DNA from: the human T2T-CHM13v2.0 reference genome, Homo sapiens
DNA length: 64,000 nucleotides
Assembly (NCBI RefSeq): GCF_009914755.1
Contig: NC_060928.1
Strand: one strand, 5' to 3'
Below the pieces are notes generated by a model, which did no database searches, was not told the origin of the DNA, and was given only the letters and a program-made list of their open reading frames with translations. Positions 29,139-46,614 of the stretch are shown piece by piece; positions within the stretch are counted from its first letter, which is position 1; the number at the start of each line of letters is the position of its first letter. A program made the translations under genes and the position numbers.

Positions 29139-31012
29139 AGAACATAATCAGAGAAAATCATCACTTAGTAATTGATAACACTAGTAGACAGCAAATTAGT
29201 AAGAATGTAGAAGATTTGAAAAACAGGATGAACAAACCTGACCTAATTAACATTTATAGAACATTTCACCCAAAATAGTAAATTATACATTCTTTTTATG
29301 TGACATAGAATGTTTACGAAGATTAACAATATTTTGTGTCATAAAACAAGTCTCAATAAACCTAAAAGCATGTTCTCTGGCCACAGTGAATTTAAATTAG
29401 AAATAAATAACACTAAAAAATGTGGAAGATTCCTAAATATTTGGAAACTAAACAATAAATTTTCAAATAACTCATGGTTCATAGAAGAAATACAAAGGAA
29501 ATTAGAAAATATTTTAAACTGAGTAAGATGAAAATATGGCATATCAAATGTGTGGGGCATAAGTAGTGGGTAGAAAGATATTTATAACATTAAATGTATA
29601 TATTTGAAAAGTAGCAAGTCCACCATTAATATCTAAACTACCACTTTAAGAAGCAACAACAAAAAAAGACAGCAAGTTAAGCCCAAAATAAGAAAAATAA
29701 AAAGAAATAATAAGGATAAAAGAAGGAATCAATGAAATTTAAAAATAGACTAAAAAAGAGAAAAATCAATAAAACTGAAAGCTGATTCTTTGAGATCAAG
29801 AAAATTGAAAAGCCCCCAGCAAGACTGATCAGGCTTGAAAGAAAATATGAGATACAAATTACCATTATCAATGATAAAAAAGGAAACATCACCACAGAAC
29901 CTAACAAGATATTTTAAATTGTACAGAAATGCTGTAAATAAGTTGAACAAATCAAATAAAATGGACAAATTCCTCAAAAATTAAACCAACATTCATAATG
30001 AATTACATGCATACTGAATTTATATTAAATTACATATTCAATGTGTAATTATATATTCAATATGTAGTTTGAGATTCACTATATTAAGAGACTACAAAAC
30101 AAAAACTACATAAGCATCTCAATAAATGCACAAAAAGTGTTTTACAAAATGCAACATCTAGTCAGATAAAAATTCTCAGCACACTAGTAGAAGAATAAAT
30201 AGAATGGATTTTCCTTAAACAGATAAAGAAAATCTTTATTAAACTTGTAATTACTATGACACATAATTATGGAAGACTGAATATTTTCCCTCTAAGATTG
30301 GGAACAAGGCAAAGATTCCCATTTTATTACTTCTATTAATTTTTTTTCTACAGGTCCTCAAAAGTGCAATAAGACCAGATAAAGAAATAAAAGGTATATG
30401 GATTTAAAAGGAAGAAATAAAACTACCTTTAATAACAAATGACATGATTATCAAGTTAGAAAATTCTAGGAATTAATATTAAAAGACACAAAAATAATAA
30501 ATGAATTTAGCAAAATTCCAGCATATGAAGTTAATATACAACATCCATTATTTTCCTACATACAAAACCAAACAATTGGAAATTATAATAAAATAACACT
30601 ACTTATAATAGCATCAAAAATAAGAAATACAATAAATTTTGAAAAAAAATGTGCACAGCATATAAACTGAAAACAACAGAACATTTCTGAGAAAAACTAA
30701 AGATCTAAATAAATGCAGATACAGTGCTTAAAAGGCATTAAAAGATTCATAGTGTTAAGGTGTCAATTCTCAAACTTACCTATACAGACAACAAAATCGC
30801 CATTAAAATTCCAAAAATTTCATTCTAAAATTTATATAGAAATGCAAATAAACTCCAGAATAGCTAAGACAATTTTGAAAAAGAACAAAGTTGGATGACT
30901 TTACCTGTTTTCAAGACTTATTATACACTAGAATGTTAAACACACTGTGTTGGTATAAAGACAGACACATAGATCAATGAAACCTCACAGAGTTCAGAAA
31001 TGAACCCACACC

Positions 31013-31098
31013 TTTTTTTTTTGAGATGGAGTCTTGCTCTGTCACCCAGGCTGGAGTGCAGTGGCGCGATCTCGACTCACTGCAAGCTCTGCCTCCCG
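31013..31098 (-). mobile_element. Severely 5'-truncated AluY (end of right arm only)
   Basis: Poly(T) plus ~76 nt of right arm with the AluY-type tgcaagctc. TSD gaacccacac at 31002-31011 and 31099-31108. Confidence 0.93.
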
Positions 31099-31851
31099 GA
31101 ACCCACACTTTTATGACTAGTTGATATTTGACAAAGTTTCTAGGGCAATTCAATGAGGGAAAGGATTGTCTTTTCAGGAAAGTGTATGAAAAAATTGAAT
31201 AACCATAAGCAAAAAAAAAAAAAAGAAACAAAAACACAGTAAATTTGGACCCGTGACCCTTACGTCACAACATAAAAATGAACTGGAAATGTATAATAAA
31301 CTAAATGTAAAATAAAAATCTGTAAAATTTTTTATAACAAAGCACAAAGGAAAGTCTTAGTGATCTCCTATTAGGACATAAAACGCACACACTTTAAAAG
31401 AAAAAAAGTCAATAAATTAGACTTCATCAGAATTAAAAATTTTGCTCTTCAGGTGAAAATGAAAGTTCAAACCACAGACTACAAGAAAATATTTGCAACA
31501 CATATATCTGACAAGGATTTGTATCCAGAAAATACAAAAAACTCCCACGACTCAATAATAAGGAGACAACTTAATTATGTTATTTATCTTATTTGATTCT
31601 CACAATAACCCCGTGAAGTGCATCAGTAGCCCCATTTTGGATAATAAAATTATTGCTTAGGAATGTTGTAAGCCTAAGTCACATAGTAAGTGACAAAAGA
31701 AGTTTTCAAATCCTGTTCTTTCAGATTCTTAAGCTCAGGTTTTCCTGAGCTTAAGTAGCACCAAAGTACTACTTTTCAGAAAGCTATAGCAACCAGATTA
31801 CATCAAATGCTTTATAAAAGGAATTGGTATAATTAGGCATCAAGATCCCTC

Positions 31852-32197
31852 AAAACACACACACATACACACACCAACCACACACACATACCGCCCCCTC
31901 ACAACCCCAACACAAATACCACACACACACACCACACACACACACACCACATACACTCCCAGACACAAACCCTCCAACACACCACACACACTCACACACA
32001 CATACCCCCAACATGACAAACACTCCATGCACCACACACATACACCACACACATACATATGCCCCCACACACAACACGCACACCCTCCTATGCACACATC
32101 CCCACCCCCATACACCACACATACACACACACACACACACCCCACATCCCCTCCCACACACTCCACACACAGCCCCCCGCCACACACACACACACAC
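31852..32197. repeat. Long degenerate (CA)n/(CCACA)n low-complexity tract
   Basis: Directly visible, ~345 bp almost devoid of G. Confidence 0.95.
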
Positions 32198-32321
32198 TTC
32201 TTCCATAATTTTCAGTTATTTCCTTGGAAGAACCATGGTTAACAGACCTCACTATGAAGAATCTGTTTAAGATCTCCCAAAATTCTTCACTGGCTAAATT
32301 GAGGAAAGCTATTCGTGCTGT

Positions 32322-32440
32322 TTCCCAGTGCTAAATGAAAATGCAAGACCCTCTGTTTAAAAACTGTTAAGAATCTTAGGATAGAAACAGCAGAGTGTTA
32401 AACAAAGCATGGTGCCTTCTCAATGCCCTGTGTGTGCTTC
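32322..32440 (-). mobile_element. MER45-like hAT-Tip100 fragment
   Basis: cccagtgctaaatgaaaatgc...ttaagaat...acagcagagtgttaaacaaagc...ccttct is the reverse of the MER45 core. Confidence 0.65.
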
Positions 32441-32454
32441 TGTCTATAGAGATC

Positions 32455-32600
32455 AGCACTTGTCCAGGCCTGTAGTACCGGCTCCTCATATGGCTGAGGT
32501 GGGAGGGCTGCTTGAGCCCAGAAGTTCTGGGTTGCAGTGAACCATGATCACACTACTAAAGTCCAGCCTGGGTGACAGAGACCCTGTCTTCAGAAAATAA
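32455..32600 (+). mobile_element. Old monomeric Alu (FAM/FRAM-like)
   Basis: gcctgtagt...gcttgagcccagaagttctggg...gtccagcctgggtgacagagaccctgtct, highly diverged. Confidence 0.8.
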
Positions 32601-33877
32601 GAAGAAGGATTTTAAAATAGGAAATTGGCACTTGGCGATAACAGATGTAATGTTACTTTGTCATGAGCTATATAAGGCTCTTTCTATGAGATTGTGAACC
32701 CATTGAGGGTTTTGGGGATGCAACTGAGTTTGCAACTAATTATGAGATAAGGGAAACATTGGTCAGGCAGACGCACGGATAGAATTACAAATCATCGCCT
32801 TTATCAAAGCTAAAGTTGATATTGAGAAACTTGGGAGCATAGAGAGAAGGTCTGATTGCCTGGCTAATGGTAATACACTCTAAAAGAAAAGCTACTCAGG
32901 GGGAGGTTACAAGATGGCCAAACAGGAACAGCTCCAGTCTACAGCTCCCAGCGTGAGCGACGCAGAAGACAGGTGATTTCTGCATTTCCAACTGAGGTAC
33001 CAGGTTCATCTCACTGGGGCTTGTCGGAGAGCGGGTGCAGCCCATGGAGCAGGGCGGGGCATCACCTCACCCAGGAAGCTCAAGGGGTCGGGGAATTCCC
33101 TTTCCTAGCCAAGGGAAGCCGTGACAGATGGTATCTGGAAAATCAGGTCACTCCCACCCAAATACTGCGCTTTTCCAACGGTCTTAGCAAATGGCACACC
33201 AGGAGATTATATCCCGCGCCTGGCTCAGAGGGCTCCACTAGCACAGCAGGCTGAGATCCAACTGTAAGGCGGCAGTGAGGCTGGGGGAGGGGCATCTGCC
33301 ATTGCTGAGGCTTGAACAGGTAAACAAAGCAGCTGGGAAGCTCGAACTGGGTGGAGCCCACCCCAGCTCAAGGAGGCCTGCCTGCCTCTGTAGACTCCAC
33401 CTCTGGGGGCAGGGCATAGCTGAACAAAAGGTAGCAGAAACTTCTGCAGACTTAAACTTCCCTGTCTGACAGCTTTGAAGAGAGTAGTGGTTCTCCCAGC
33501 ACAGAGTTTGAGATCTGAAAATGGACAGACTGCCTCCTCAAGTGGGTCCCTGACCCCTGAGTAGCCTAACTGGGAGACGCCTCCCAGTAGGGGCCGACTG
33601 ACACCTCATACAGCTGGGTGCCCCTCTGAGACGAAGCTTCCAGAGGAATGGTCAGGCAGCAATATTTGCCATTCTGCAATATTTGCTGTTCTGCAGCCTC
33701 TGCTGGTGACACCCAGGCAAACAGCATCTGGAGTGGACCTCCAGCAAACTCCAACAGATCTGCAGCTGAGGGTCCTGACTGTTAGAAGGAAAACTGACAA
33801 ACAGAAAGGAAATCCACACCAAAACCCCATCCATATGTCACCATCATCAAAAACCAAAGGTAGATAAAACCACAAAG

Positions 33878-34894
33878 ATGGGGAGAAACCAGAGCAGAAA
33901 AGCTACAAATTATAAAATCAGAGTGCGTCTTCCCCTCCAAAGGAATGCAGCTCCTCAGCAGCAATGGAACAAAGCTCGATGGAGAATGACTTTAACGAGT
34001 TGAGAGAAGAAGGCTTCAGACTATCGGTAATAACAAACTTCTCCGAGCTAAAGGAGGATATTTGAACCCATCGCAAAGAAGCTAAAAACCTTGAAAAAAG
34101 ATTAGATGAATGGCTAACTAGAATAAACAGTGTACAGAAGACCTTAAATGACCTGATGGAGCTGAAAACCATGGCACGAGAACTATGTGACGCATGCACA
34201 AGCTTCAGTAGCTGATTTGATCAAATGGAAGAAAGGGTATCAGAGATTGAAGATCAAATGAATGAAATGCGATGAGAAGAGAAGTTTAGGAAAAAGAGTA
34301 AAAAGAAACGAACAAAGCCTCCAGAAATATGGGACTATGTGAAAAGACCGAATCTATGTGTGATTGGTGTACCTGTAAGTGACGGGGAGAATGGAACCAA
34401 ATTGGAAAACACTCTTCAGGATATCACCCAGGAGAACTTTCCCAACCTAGCAAGGCAGGCCAACATTCAAATTCAGGAAATACAGAGAATGCCACAAAGA
34501 TACTCCTTGAGAAGAGCAACTCCAAGACACATAATTGTCAGGTTCACCAAAGTTGAAATGAAGGAAAAATGTTAAGGGCAGACAGAGAGAAAGGTCGGTT
34601 TACCCACAAAGGGAAGCCCATCAGACTAACAATGGATCTTTTGGCAGAAACTCTACAAGCCAGAAGAGAGTGGGGGCCAATATTCAACATTCTTAAAAGA
34701 ATTTTCTACCCAGAATTTCATATCCAGCCAAACTAAGCTTCATAAGTGAAGGTGAAATAAAATCCTTTATAGATAAACAAACGCTGAGAGAGTTTGTCAC
34801 TACCAGACCTGCTTTACAAGAGCTCCTGAAGGAAGCACTAAACATGGAAAGGAACAGACAGTACCAGCCACTGCAAAAACATGACAAATTGTAA
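33878..34894 (+). pseudogene. L1 ORF1p, disrupted
   Basis: ATG at 33878. Fragment MKRPNL..ENFPNLARQANIQIQE..RHIIVRF, with several stops and frameshifts. Confidence 0.93.
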
Positions 34895-34951
34895 AGACCA
34901 TCAATGCTAGGAAGAAACTGTATCAACTAAATATAACCAGCTAACATCATA

Positions 34952-38942
<3,991 letters not shown>

Positions 38943-40839
38943 ACAATGAGAACACTTGGACACAGGGTGGGGAACATCACACACTGGGGCCTGTCGTAGG
39001 GTGGGGAGAGGGGGGAGGGACAGCATTAGGAGATATAACTAATGTAAATGATGAGTTAACGGGTGCAGCACACCAACATGGCACATGTATACATATGTAA
39101 CAAACCTGTTCATTGTGCACATGTACCCTAGAACTTAAAGTATAATAAAAAATACATTAATTAATTAAAATAAAAGAAAAGAAAAAGAAAAACTACTCAT
39201 ACTTCAGCGATGGAACTGGAGACCCAACCTGCTCACAGGGGAAAGGCTTTTAAGCCTAAAATTAGAGTGAATGAGAAAGGGTATAGTTTCTCTGCCAGCA
39301 GAGAGTCCTCAAAGCAGAATTCTGAAAGAGGGCTACACTGTGTTCAATACTTTGTTTCCTAACTTACCAATTATTGGGGCCCGTCTCCTGCCCTGGGGGA
39401 ATGACCAGGAAGGATGACACAGGAGGCCAATTGTGTTACTCTAACAGAGGTCGCTGCAAATACAAACAGAAAACAAGGGGTACGTTCTACCCTCCTCCAA
39501 CAGAGGGCAGCATTCACGGCGTAGACCTTATTCTATCTCCAGTCTCAGCATCATGCTCAAAACGTATTTGTTAATCAAGTTGTTAACTGTCGGGTTGATG
39601 ACCTCCAAAGAGATACCAGCTTTTAGAGTCAGGCCTGATGTTCCTCTCTAACTTCACGCCCCGAGGCAAGTAATCGAGCCTCTTTGATTTCATCAACTGA
39701 AATCCAGATGGTAAATACCTAGCTCACAGGAGCCTGGTGAAGGTTAATGTCTGTCAAGAGCTTATCCCAATGCTGGTGGGAGGGAGAGAGGCGTTCAAAG
39801 AGGCGAGCTCCCCTCTTCTTTTTTCTAATAAAACCTGTTCTCAGAAAAAAAAAAACATCTAGTATACATCATTGTCATTTATGCTTCCTCCAATGAATTT
39901 TCCTCTCAGGGCTTTTTTTTTCTTCCTGTTTCAGCCCCTTCCCTCAGTGTTATGAAAGGCTAATTCAGTCACTTGTAGTTAGCAGCCAAAGAAAAAGAAT
40001 TCAGGAGGAGGGTGTCTTTCTGGAAATCAGGTGGAAATCAGGATCTCTCTGGAGTATGCTGTTGTCATTATTTTCAATTCCACCCCCTTCCCACACTCCA
40101 CGTCTGTTTCATGCTAAATTCTTTTTCTCTGAAGGATTGTCAAGGGGACATATGTCCCTTAGATGGCAAGAGGGATATGAAGGATAATGGGAAATGGGGA
40201 AAGAAATAAGAAAGATTCGTGTCCTGATTGCATTGCCTCTAAAAACAAATGAAATGGGACTCAGGATCTGTGACTTTGCATTGCGAGGTTTAGAGAATTG
40301 AAACCTAACATGCTTGCTTTTAATTGCTCCTTAATGGTGTACAGAATTACAAGACATTAAATTACTATAGAGGAGTGCAGACAGAATTACTTTATCTGAG
40401 TAAAGTCACCTTTAGCTTTTTAAGTTAGCCATTAGGCAGCCTAAATGCTAGAAGACGCCACAATTACTAGTTTTGTTGAAAGCACAGTGGAATATATTCC
40501 TGAAGAGTTAGACCCCACCCTCAGCTAGATATCATGAGAAAAGCAAATGCCAAATACCTGTGCCACTTTGCCTGAGGTGCCTAGTATATATCAACTCTAT
40601 TGCAAGGAAATCGGTGTAAGAGAAATTAAAGCTGCAAAGGGAACTTGAGAGCCACATAGAAGCTGCTTTGTATAGTGGAAATGACACAGCCTTTGGGAAC
40701 AGGCAGGACTAAAATTGAATCCCAATTCTATTTCCTTGTTGAGAGACCTTGGGCAAATATTTTTCCCATTAAGTAGAACGAATACTGACATGGTTCATGG
40801 CTTTTGTAGTGACTGAATGAGCTGCTTCATGGTGGGTGG

Positions 40840-41353
<514 letters not shown>

Positions 41354-41894
41354 TTAAGAGTCATTAACTGTTATGTAAAATACCTACTACTAGAGGGCTG
41401 GATTCTTTCTCCTTTTCTTCCTCGTAATTTTATCCATCAGAACAAAGGTTTCACAGCAGTTTAAATGATTTGAGGAGGTCTAAATAAATATTTCTTCCAA
41501 AATCATTTCCCCAACAGTCTAAAACAACCATTATGAGTTACTTTGGTTACAGGCACTGTATCCCCCATTATAATAGAAAACACCTAATCTAGAGAGATAC
41601 ATTATTGCACTATTCTTACATCGACATTATCAACTTCTGCAGATTAATTTCATCAATAGAGTTCCAACTGTTCAAAAAGTCCAAGAATGGAGATAAAACC
41701 TTGAACAGGTAAGTTTTGAGGAGATCATAGGAAAGGACAGAGAAATGAATGAGCTGGGAGAAATCTGGCTTGGATTTTACAAGGCAGTGGAGGAACCCCT
41801 GCATCATCATGGGGAATTGGGGTGATGTCAAATATATGTGGGATTTAACTTTGTATTCTTAAAACAATATATGCCCATTTTCCCCACCCCCCAT

Positions 41895-42255
41895 GTAGGT
41901 GGATTGTTTATCTTGGCTATTCTGAATAATGCTGCAGTGAACATGAGGGTGCAGATATCTCTTCAAGATGCTTATTTCATTTCCTTTGGATATATACCCA
42001 GAAATGGGATTGCTGGAACATAAGTTGATTCTATTTTTAGTTTTTGAGAAATCTTTATACTGTTTTCCACATTTATTCCCATATTCTCATTTACATTACC
42101 ACCAACAATATACAAGGATTCTCTTTTCTCCATATCCTTGTCAAAATTCGCTATCTTTTGTCTCTTAAAAAAAATACGCATTCTAACAGGTGTCAGGTAA
42201 TATTACATTGTGGTCCTGATTTGCATTTCCCTGATGATTAGTGATCTTAAGCATA
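41895..42255 (-). mobile_element. L1 (MA/PB-type) ORF2 3' fragment
   Basis: Minus-strand peptide ..[14 protein letters not shown] and ttgcatttccctgatgattagtgat. Confidence 0.85.
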
Positions 42256-44162
42256 AAAATAATTAATGTTTCTTGAAAGCCACTTTGTATAAGCCAGACA
42301 CTATTCGAAGCACTCTGAATGTACTGATTTCTTTAGTCCTGTGAGGTCCTATTATTCCAATTTTATGGTAGAGAAAATTAAGACAAAGAGAAATTAAGCT
42401 TGTCTAAGTTCATATAGGTAATAAATGCATGAGCTGGCATTGCAAACCAGGCATTCTTGTTGTTCCCAGTGTCTTCACCATTTACCAGTAAGTTCTATTG
42501 CTTCTTCACTAAGATATATTGAAACAAGTGACAGTCCATTTTCTTCCATATTATTCATACTACCTCCCTTTTTTATGCCTTGAGATACATTTTAGTTGGT
42601 ACACTGGTACAGTTAGTGGTTTCTTTCATGGCCATGGCATTGATTGTAGTAACTATGAGCAGTTCATGCAAGACTCCAGCACATCCAGGTAAAAAATAGA
42701 AAAGAGAGCTCAACACTTTGAGCTAATTACATGCTGAATGTTTTTTTTCTCCTGCTGAGTTGATCGAGTTTTCAACATAACTGCTGCCTATACATAACTG
42801 CTGTCTGTTTGCGTGCCAGTGAACGTGAGGTTTTTATTTTCCCTAAGTAATCTACTCCTTGCGTGTCATTGAAAGTGACGTTACAATGAATCTATCAGTT
42901 CAAGCAATATTATTATTTTAAAAACACATGGTGATCTGGAGGATTTTGTGGTTTTCAAGTAACCTGTTTTATTAATTAATCATAAGTGTTGTCTGGTGTT
43001 GATTAAATTTCCATGGAGAAAGAGATAGCATAGGATATGCTGGATATGTCCAGAATCACACAGTAAAAGCTAAGTCAAATAAAGCCTAATTATATTAGCT
43101 AATATTTGAGTACTTTTTATAAATCAGAAATTGACCAGGTGGATTCCTATAGACATTAACTTATTAAATAATCTCAACCTTAAGAGGCTATACTGTTTAG
43201 ATACACATTCTATGGGAAATGTTGGTTTAGAACTATTATTTAGAATTATTGGTGAGAAACTGAGGTTTAGAATAACTAAATTATTTTCCCTGGATTAAAT
43301 ATATGTTGTGGGACCAGAATCTAAACCAATTATGCTTGGCTGCAGACTGCAAACTCTTAGATTTACTCTAGTCTATCTCTCTAATTATTTGTAGTATGGT
43401 TATGAGGATATTTCATATCCCAAATTCTGCCTCAATGGCTCAGTGATCTTCTCTGAGAATAAATTGTGATAATTATAAATCTTAACTACTCCATGAAAGA
43501 CACCAATGAGAAGAATCATAAAGTAATGTGTAATGCTGAAGTGGGTTCTGCCGAGGTAGGATGCATTATTCATGCTGTTCTCTCACCTTCCTTTGTCCAT
43601 ATATTAAATATGCATTTGCTTTTCAAGATTAAGTTCAAAGTAACTGACAACCTCTTTGATGTTTGTCATAATTCTCCATTTCTTCCTTTTAGTAGAAATT
43701 GTACCATTTCTATTGTGAACTGATGTATGCATATATTATGAATCCCATGTACATATATTGTGAACTCAACGTATACAGGCCAATCTTGGCACTGATAACT
43801 CTTTATTACACTTCTTTGTTTATCTATCCCTGTTTCTAGACAGCATATTCCTAGAGGAAAGCCACCATACCTCATTCATTTTTGTGTCTCCAGAACCTAG
43901 CACAGTAATAAACATGTATTAGTAATGTATTGTTATTTGTTGAATCAATCCATCAATCTATAAACCGTTAGTGGGAAAACAGACTGCAATAGTGACATAT
44001 GGGTCGTTTGGCTCTGGAAGAGTGGGTTTAGTGGGTTGTTACATATAAATGTCAATCTAATTATTGTGTACTTTTCAAACACACTATTAGTGTGTATTTT
44101 TCAAACACACTAATTCGTAGTGTTTGAAAAATAAAAGACATCATTTTACTTCTTGTCTTTTC

Positions 44163-44517
44163 AGGCTGTGTGTCCCCCCAAATATCATCTCGAATTGTAA
44201 TCACCACATGTTGAGGGAGGGACCTACTGGGAGGTGATTGGATCATGGGGGCAGATTTCCCCCTTGCTGTTCACTTGCTAGTGAGTGGGTTCTCACGAAA
44301 TCTGGTTGTTTGATAAGTGTCTGGTACTTCCTCCTTCTCTCTCTCTCTCCTGCCACCATGTAAGATGTGCCTTCTTTTCCCTTTGCCTTCTGCCATGGTT
44401 GTAAGTTTCCTGAGAGCTTCCAACCATGCAGAACTGTGAGTCAATTAAACTTCTTTTGTTTATAAATTACCCAGTCTTAGGTAGTATCTTTTAGCAGTGT
44501 GAGAATGGACTAATACA
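44163..44517 (+). mobile_element. MSTA/THE1-type MaLR solo LTR
   Basis: ggaggtgattggatcatggggg...gaactgtgagtcaattaaac...gtgagaatggactaataca. Confidence 0.9.
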
Positions 44518-44717
44518 GCTCTGCATGTCAGTTAGATGAGATTTAGTGGAAGAGAGTAAAGTGATGTGATGATATTACTTGGAGAGACTCATGGCAGAAA
44601 TGCTTGATTGTTTTGAGACAGTGAAGGTGGAGGTTCTAGTGTGTGGTCTGTGAAAATATGGATGTAGTGGGAAGACAGTGACACAGAGGAGTTCCTGCTA
44701 GAACAGTCCTGTGGTAT

Positions 44718-45323
44718 TGATGATGGTGTTACTCAGCAGCCCCTGTACCAAAGTCTTGCCTTCAGTAGACACTACCTTGAAGGAAACTGCAAATGATTAT
44801 TCCAAGTAATTATTTTGCCATTCTGCACAATGGGTGACCCCTGTTGCATTCTCTAATGACAATGGATACTCATTGTGTTTGAAAGATGTGTTTCTTTGAT
44901 ATGTTTTTCTGGTTACAAGGCATCTGTGCTATATTCCCTATCTTCTCCAGCACCATCCCCATGAAATACAATTCTGAAGTTCACTTATTTGTAATAAGAT
45001 AACCTGTAAAAAAAAAAAATCCTATTAAACTAACAAGAACGAATTGTATTGTTTCTAACTAGATATCCTAGCAAATAGGTTAATTATTAAAATAAGTGGT
45101 TGTCGGTAACACACACTCAAGAAAAGGGAGATCTCAGGTTGGTACTGACCTAATTAAATTTGAAGACAGTGGGTATCCATTGTCATTAGAGAATGTAACA
45201 GTGGCTGCCCATTGCACAGAGTGACAGATTGTTACTTGGAATAATCATTTGTGGCTTCCTGCAATGCACTGTCCATGGAAGGCAAGGCTACGGCACAGGG
45301 GTGCCGAATAACAAACATCATCA
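44718..45323. repeat. Imperfect inverted repeat with ~165-bp arms (44718-44882 / 45161-45323)
   Basis: Perfect reverse-complement blocks of 20 bp (44790-44809 / 45232-45251) and 23 bp (44847-44869 / 45173-45195) lie within colinear arms. Confidence 0.95.
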
Positions 45324-46614
45324 TGAAGTGTACAGAATAGACTGGTAATTCATAACTGTGTAGGAGGATGTTAAAATTTAAAGCATAAACATGTGGTTTT
45401 AAATTCTTAAAATGCAGTCACGGAACTAAGGAGTTTCTATAACTGTCCTAAAAGTACATCGCTCTTATTATAAGAGTACATTACCTCTTATTGCTGCTGA
45501 TTTGATGGAGACTATAATCAGATCCAAAATGTGATCTTTCAGATTACTGAAATACAATATAGGTTAAATTCTTAGCCAGGCCTCCTACATGAGAATTAGG
45601 GTATTGATTGGGAAATAATGACACTCTGAAAATTGGAAGAAGAACATCTGCAATGATTTGGATAACTTTTTATACCTTAAACCTCCCAATTCCGCTGAAA
45701 CTCCTTTGCTGTCAGAAACCTCCCCTTTTGGAGCTGATTCTTGTCATTAACTCTTATCTAACATCTACCAACTGTCATTGCCTCTAAGCCTAAATGTAGA
45801 GGCAGATTCTAGTGTTCCTGGGGTTAAGGAATAAGGTATTACAAAGTCAAACCTGAGATGAGAAGACTTGCACACCAAAACACTCCAAGGTTTTGCTAAT
45901 ACGTGTCAACAAAAAGCATGGATAATTATGTAAGGACAGATTCTAAGGGAGATACAGTCAGTATTTTAGACTGGGCTTAATTTATTGATATAAATACTTT
46001 TGCCCAAAATTCTGCACTCAATGTGCTGGGTGGAGCAACTCATGGTTCTGGTTGTTGGTCTTGTTGGTTGGCTAAAATCTGTATTCAACTGGGGAGTAGA
46101 CTAAGTGAAATCAAGACATTAGAATTCCTGTGATCATGCAAAAAAAGAAATAAATAGGTTTAAAGACATTGAATTTGTGTAGTTAATCTATTATATGTGA
46201 GCCATTTACCCACACTTTATATCCCCCGAGAGATCAAAGAGAACATTCTCTTCACTACAAGACTGGGAAGTACATTGGTGAGCAGAGCACCACCCTCTTA
46301 GAAAAGCAGATGTACTTTGGATAAAGGGAGGAGGCACTGCCATTGAACGGGCCCCCTCATTGTAATCAAAATGATGATATCTCTGGGTGGCACTTAACCA
46401 GCTGAGGCAAGATGAAACAGCTAGCAATAATTTGTGGCAGGGCTCAGGAAGTAAAGATGGTAGCTTGACCATCAGGGATCTTTGCATGATGCAGTGGCTA
46501 TCATCAGGTTAATGGTATTCCCTGGAGCTGTGCAACAAGGTGGTATCATTTCTAGGAATGATAGATATGGTAGTCCACTAAGATTCTAGTTCCTCTGTAT
46601 GACAAAAGCAAATT

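Noticed and set aside
31840-32270. Cys/Val/Gly-rich and His/Thr/Pro-rich ORFs
   Set aside because: They are translations of a (CA)n low-complexity tract.
33143-33361. ORF0-like peptide in the older L1
   Set aside because: Only the C-terminal half is in the ORF0 frame because of a 5' UTR deletion, so it is not an intact ORF0.
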